A DNA stretch of 63,985 nt, filler included, from an uncultured Methanosarcinales archaeon (GTDB lineage: Archaea; Nanobdellota; Nanobdellia; Woesearchaeales; CAZKBD01), in NCBI GenBank assembly GCA_964550945.1. It is 7 parts of 7 records of this genome, joined end to end, with 100 filler letters (N's around TTAATTAATTAA, not from the genome) between each part and the next. Parts side by side here need not be neighbours in the genome. Positions count along the whole stretch, not along the records: positions 60,745 to 63,985 come from CAZKBD010000135.1; 6 more parts are not named here. One strand, 5' to 3'. The translations under genes and the position numbers were made by a program. Each line of letters begins with the position of its first letter. Positions within the stretch are counted from its first letter, which is position 1. The notes beneath the pieces were generated by a model. The model had not been told where the DNA came from, did not search any database, and saw nothing but the letters and a program-made list of their open reading frames with translations. Shown here piece by piece: positions 60,815-63,985 of the stretch.

Positions 60815-61804
60815 TTATGAAACTATAAAATCAATGCAGTATCTATAAATCTTAGGACTCTGTTGGCCTGCTTTAATGATGTTTAATATCTTGCATTTGC
60901 ACTTCTTCTTAATTCCTTCAACAACAGAATCAACATTTTCTTCGCTAGAGAAATAATATAAATGAATTATTCCGTTTCTATTTAAAAATTTTAAAGCTAA
61001 ATCTAAAAAATTCATGCTGCCACTAGGTAAAGGCATGATAATTCTATCAAATTTTTTATTTAAACTAGGAACTATTTTGTTTACATCTCCACACAACAAT
61101 TTTACATTTCTGAGCTTATTTAATTCAAGATTGTAATCTGCATAACTGCAAGCATCTGGATTAATTTCAACACCATATATTTCATTAGCTTTGCTATATT
61201 TCGCAATAACAAAAGGATAAACCCCTATACCAGAAAACATAACTAAAACGTTCTCTCCTGCTTTGACAGAAATAGCTATTCTCAGTCTCTCGTTAGCAGA
61301 CCTAGGAGAATAATAAACTTTAGAAATGTTCAATTTTAAAAAAATACTGTTTTCTTTATGCAAAGTTTCAAAATTTTTTTCACCAGCTAATAGTTCATAA
61401 TCTTGCACTCTATATTGACCCTTGTGCTCCCCGACTTTTCTAACAACTGTCTTTATATTTTTATTTGATTGAATCAATGCTTCAGCAATTATTCTTTTAT
61501 TTTTTAAAAATTCATCATTAATTTCTAGTACAGCTATATTTCCTATAATGTCATAAGACTTAGATAATATAGTAAATTCTTCTTTAGTAAATTTCTTCCT
61601 AAGTACCTCCTCAAAACTTAACCTGACAATTTTCTTTGGCAGTTTTTTCTCTACAATTTCAAAACCAGAAATACGCTTAGTAATTGGAAAATAAACATAA
61701 TATTTATCCTTAACAATTTTATATTTATGGGACAAAATTCCAAGGGACAAAATTTCTTTTTTAACTTCTTCAGCATGTTTTAAGCTGGATTTAACGCACT
61801 TCAT
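60815..61804 (-). CDS. trm5: tRNA (guanine37-N1) methyltransferase Trm5 family
   Basis: SYDIIGNIA, VYYSPR..ER, MFSGIG, VEINP and DRIIMPLP motifs. Confidence 0.88.
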   Translation of the reverse strand: MKCVKSSLKHAEEVKKEILSLGILSHKYKIVKDKYYVYFPITKRISGFEIVEKKLPKKIVRLSFEEVLRKKFTKEEFTILSKSYDIIGNIAVLEINDEFLKNKRIIAEALIQSNKNIKTVVRKVGEHKGQYRVQDYELLAGEKNFETLHKENSIFLKLNISKVYYSPRSANERLRIAISVKAGENVLVMFSGIGVYPFVIAKYSKANEIYGVEINPDACSYADYNLELNKLRNVKLLCGDVNKIVPSLNKKFDRIIMPLPSGSMNFLDLALKFLNRNGIIHLYYFSSEENVDSVVEGIKKKCKCKILNIIKAGQQSPKIYRYCIDFIVS

Positions 61805-61856
61805 GTTATAAAGAATATAGTAAGGTTTATATAACCATTTTGGTAAATTTTTATTA

Positions 61857-63985
61857 ATGTACATTAAAAAGAGAATAGGTTTTTTAATATTTAGTACTAT
61901 ATTTCTAATAACATTAATTCCTTATGCTTTTGCACTTCTAGAAGGAATATACTGGGCAACATATAATTATTCAGATATTGTATCTTTGTATCAGCAATGG
62001 TCTGGCATAATAGATTTTGCAATGATCTTTGTACTGGTTGCAAGCACTGCCAGGATTTCTTTAGCTAAAGTTTTCAAAGGTGAAGGCAATGAAGAACATC
62101 CTGCACTAAAAGGAATTTATTTAACATTGGGAGGAATGGCTGGTATTGGTTTAGTAGCATACAGTCGTTATTATGGTCAGTGGGGTCAAGGAATATTATT
62201 GCAGTTCGCACCTCTTTGGGCGCTTATAATACTATTCCTTTTAATTGCATGGATAACAAAAATACTAAAAGGTGAAGAAAAGAAAAGTCCATTCTCTATT
62301 GGAACAGTAATATTCTTCCTGATATTTTTATTGTTATTATTATCAACAATATTCCCAGACATATTTGGGCCATTCTTAGACAAAATTCTAGCAAGTGGGT
62401 TAGGCACTTGGTTGCTATTGTTTTTAGGCGGATGGGGACTTTACTCAATTATTAAATCTCTTGCCTCAAAAGGTGAAGATCATGAAGGAAGAGCTCCTCC
62501 TTCAACTCCACCTCCCGGAAGTCCTACTGGTGGCGCAGGTAGCGCACTACAAAAACCAGCCAGACCTATTCGCGTAAGAATTAAGATAGAACCAGAAAAT
62601 GGGCCTTACTCTGTAGGAAGAAACATAAGATTAACTGCAATAGTAGAAAGAAGAAGATGGGGCCATTTAGGATGGAGCACAGAAACAAAAAACTTACAAT
62701 ATGAATGGCAGATTGCAAACACGCCAATAAATCAAAACTCTCCGCAAATTACAATTCCAATTCCTCCAGCCCTTGCACCAGCTCCAACACAACAAGTATT
62801 AATTGCTGTAAGAGTAACAGACAGAAATAATCTTCATATATCAGATCAAGCAGGCTTGACAATAGAAGTTGTACAAACTGCTCCTTCGCCAGCTGCCCTT
62901 CCAACACCAACAACAGCACTTACTCCAACGTTTGCTTTTAATGTAAGAAGAACAACACCACCCGGCCCAGTTGTGACAACAACTAATGAAAATTTCACAC
63001 TGCCTGGAAATGTCAACGTAGGTGAGGTATTTTCATTTGAGCCACAAATAACAGATGCAGATCCAGATGACTACGTAATCGAAATAGAACCAACTGTAGT
63101 TAGCGCAGGAGAATTTGTAGCTTATGATCTAAGGAGGGGAAATGCCAGTTTAGTTATACGCACAGGACCACAAAAGATCATAACTTGCAACTTCAAAAGA
63201 AAAAGATGGTATTGGAGAAGTAGATTAGAACATCACATCAGAGTAACCTTAAACGTAATTGGAGGAGCCCCACCACCGCCACCTGGCAGTGCTACTACAC
63301 CTTTGAGTATAACAAGAATTACGCCAAATTCTGCACCACAAGATGCAGGAATAATAACATTACATATAGAAGGAACTGGATTAGATACAGTAACAAGTTT
63401 GCACTTCCCGCTACATGGTAGACCAAGAACAACATTGCACATGACTAGTGGAGGACTTTTGAATGTAAGACCAACATCATTTGACATAGAAGTAGACGTT
63501 TCCACAGATCATAGAGGCAGGCCTTCAACATTAGGAGAATATGATATACATATAGACGATGGAGTAGGGAATGACGTAGACTTACCAAATGTATTTGAAA
63601 TCTTGCCTCCAGCTGCTCTGCCTCAGCCTGAATTAGATGTAAAAAATGTAGATACTGGAAATGACATAAGAGGAATTACTCCTGGAGCTACAAATCCTCC
63701 ATTGGCTGCAGAGATAGGACATAGAATATTATTCACTCCAAATACTCATGGAAGAACATATGCAGTAGCTTTAGGAAGAGCAAGACTAGGAAGAGGAGAA
63801 TCTGTAAATCCTATAAGAGGAGGCAACTTTGAATTTGTTCCTGCCAATGATGGAACAAAGACAGTTCAGTTTATATTTACTCCTGCAAGAGGTGGCACTC
63901 CTGAAACAATTGAAGTTGAAATTGATGTAGCAGCTGCTCTGCCTCAGCCTGAATTAGATGTAAAAAATGTAGATACTGGAAATGA
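61857..63985 (+). CDS. Large multi-TM protein with Pro-rich linkers and Ig/IPT-like repeats (3' truncated)
   Basis: Open frame from ATG 61857 to window end; hydrophobic N-terminal 200 aa; ITRITPNSAP...LHIEGTGL IPT-like motif. Confidence 0.8.
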   Translation, partial: MYIKKRIGFLIFSTIFLITLIPYAFALLEGIYWATYNYSDIVSLYQQWSGIIDFAMIFVLVASTARISLAKVFKGEGNEEHPALKGIYLTLGGMAGIGLVAYSRYYGQWGQGILLQFAPLWALIILFLLIAWITKILKGEEKKSPFSIGTVIFFLIFLLLLLSTIFPDIFGPFLDKILASGLGTWLLLFLGGWGLYSIIKSLASKGEDHEGRAPPSTPPPGSPTGGAGSALQKPARPIRVRIKIEPENGPYSVGRNIRLTAIVERRRWGHLGWSTETKNLQYEWQIANTPINQNSPQITIPIPPALAPAPTQQVLIAVRVTDRNNLHISDQAGLTIEVVQTAPSPAALPTPTTALTPTFAFNVRRTTPPGPVVTTTNENFTLPGNVNVGEVFSFEPQITDADPDDYVIEIEPTVVSAGEFVAYDLRRGNASLVIRTGPQKIITCNFKRKRWYWRSRLEHHIRVTLNVIGGAPPPPPGSATTPLSITRITPNSAPQDAGIITLHIEGTGLDTVTSLHFPLHGRPRTTLHMTSGGLLNVRPTSFDIEVDVSTDHRGRPSTLGEYDIHIDDGVGNDVDLPNVFEILPPAALPQPELDVKNVDTGNDIRGITPGATNPPLAAEIGHRILFTPNTHGRTYAVALGRARLGRGESVNPIRGGNFEFVPANDGTKTVQFIFTPARGGTPETIEVEIDVAAALPQPELDVKNVDTGN
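63610..63985 (+). repeat. Intragenic direct repeat, period 321 bp (107 aa)
   Basis: 55 identical bp at 63610-63664 and 63931-63985 (AALPQPELDVKNVDTGN). Confidence 0.9.

Overview
Archaeal metagenome-assembled sequence, most likely DPANN (Woesearchaeota/Nanoarchaeota-like; inferred from the split rpoB''/rpoB' and rpoA'/rpoA'' genes, an archaeal histone, eS1, Taw1/Trm5, TATA promoters and intron-containing tRNAs). The window is seven unrelated contigs joined by artificial 100-nt N44-TTAATTAATTAA-N44 linkers, so adjacency across linkers means nothing. Core content: RNA polymerase operon, three intron-containing tRNAs (Asp with 2 introns, Lys with 3, Gln with 1), the 3' end of 23S rRNA, gyrB, thyX, tmk, dut, purB, purM and two bacterial-type GAPDHs. 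Most notable: (1) an operon divergent from a TrmB regulator (15567-19984) encoding a 35-aa peptide, two divergent CX5RS low-molecular-weight-phosphatase-like proteins and a split ATP-grasp plus phospho-His swivel dikinase, a candidate undescribed kinase/phosphatase system; (2) an accessory array (6421-10719) in which toxin-antitoxin modules and cargo genes are bracketed by nested inverted repeats with attC-like GTT/AAC cores; (3) a trimeric [FeFe]-hydrogenase with the residue signature of non-bifurcating NADH-dependent enzymes; (4) multi-intron tRNAs, structured non-coding elements and several microproteins missed by the ORF track.
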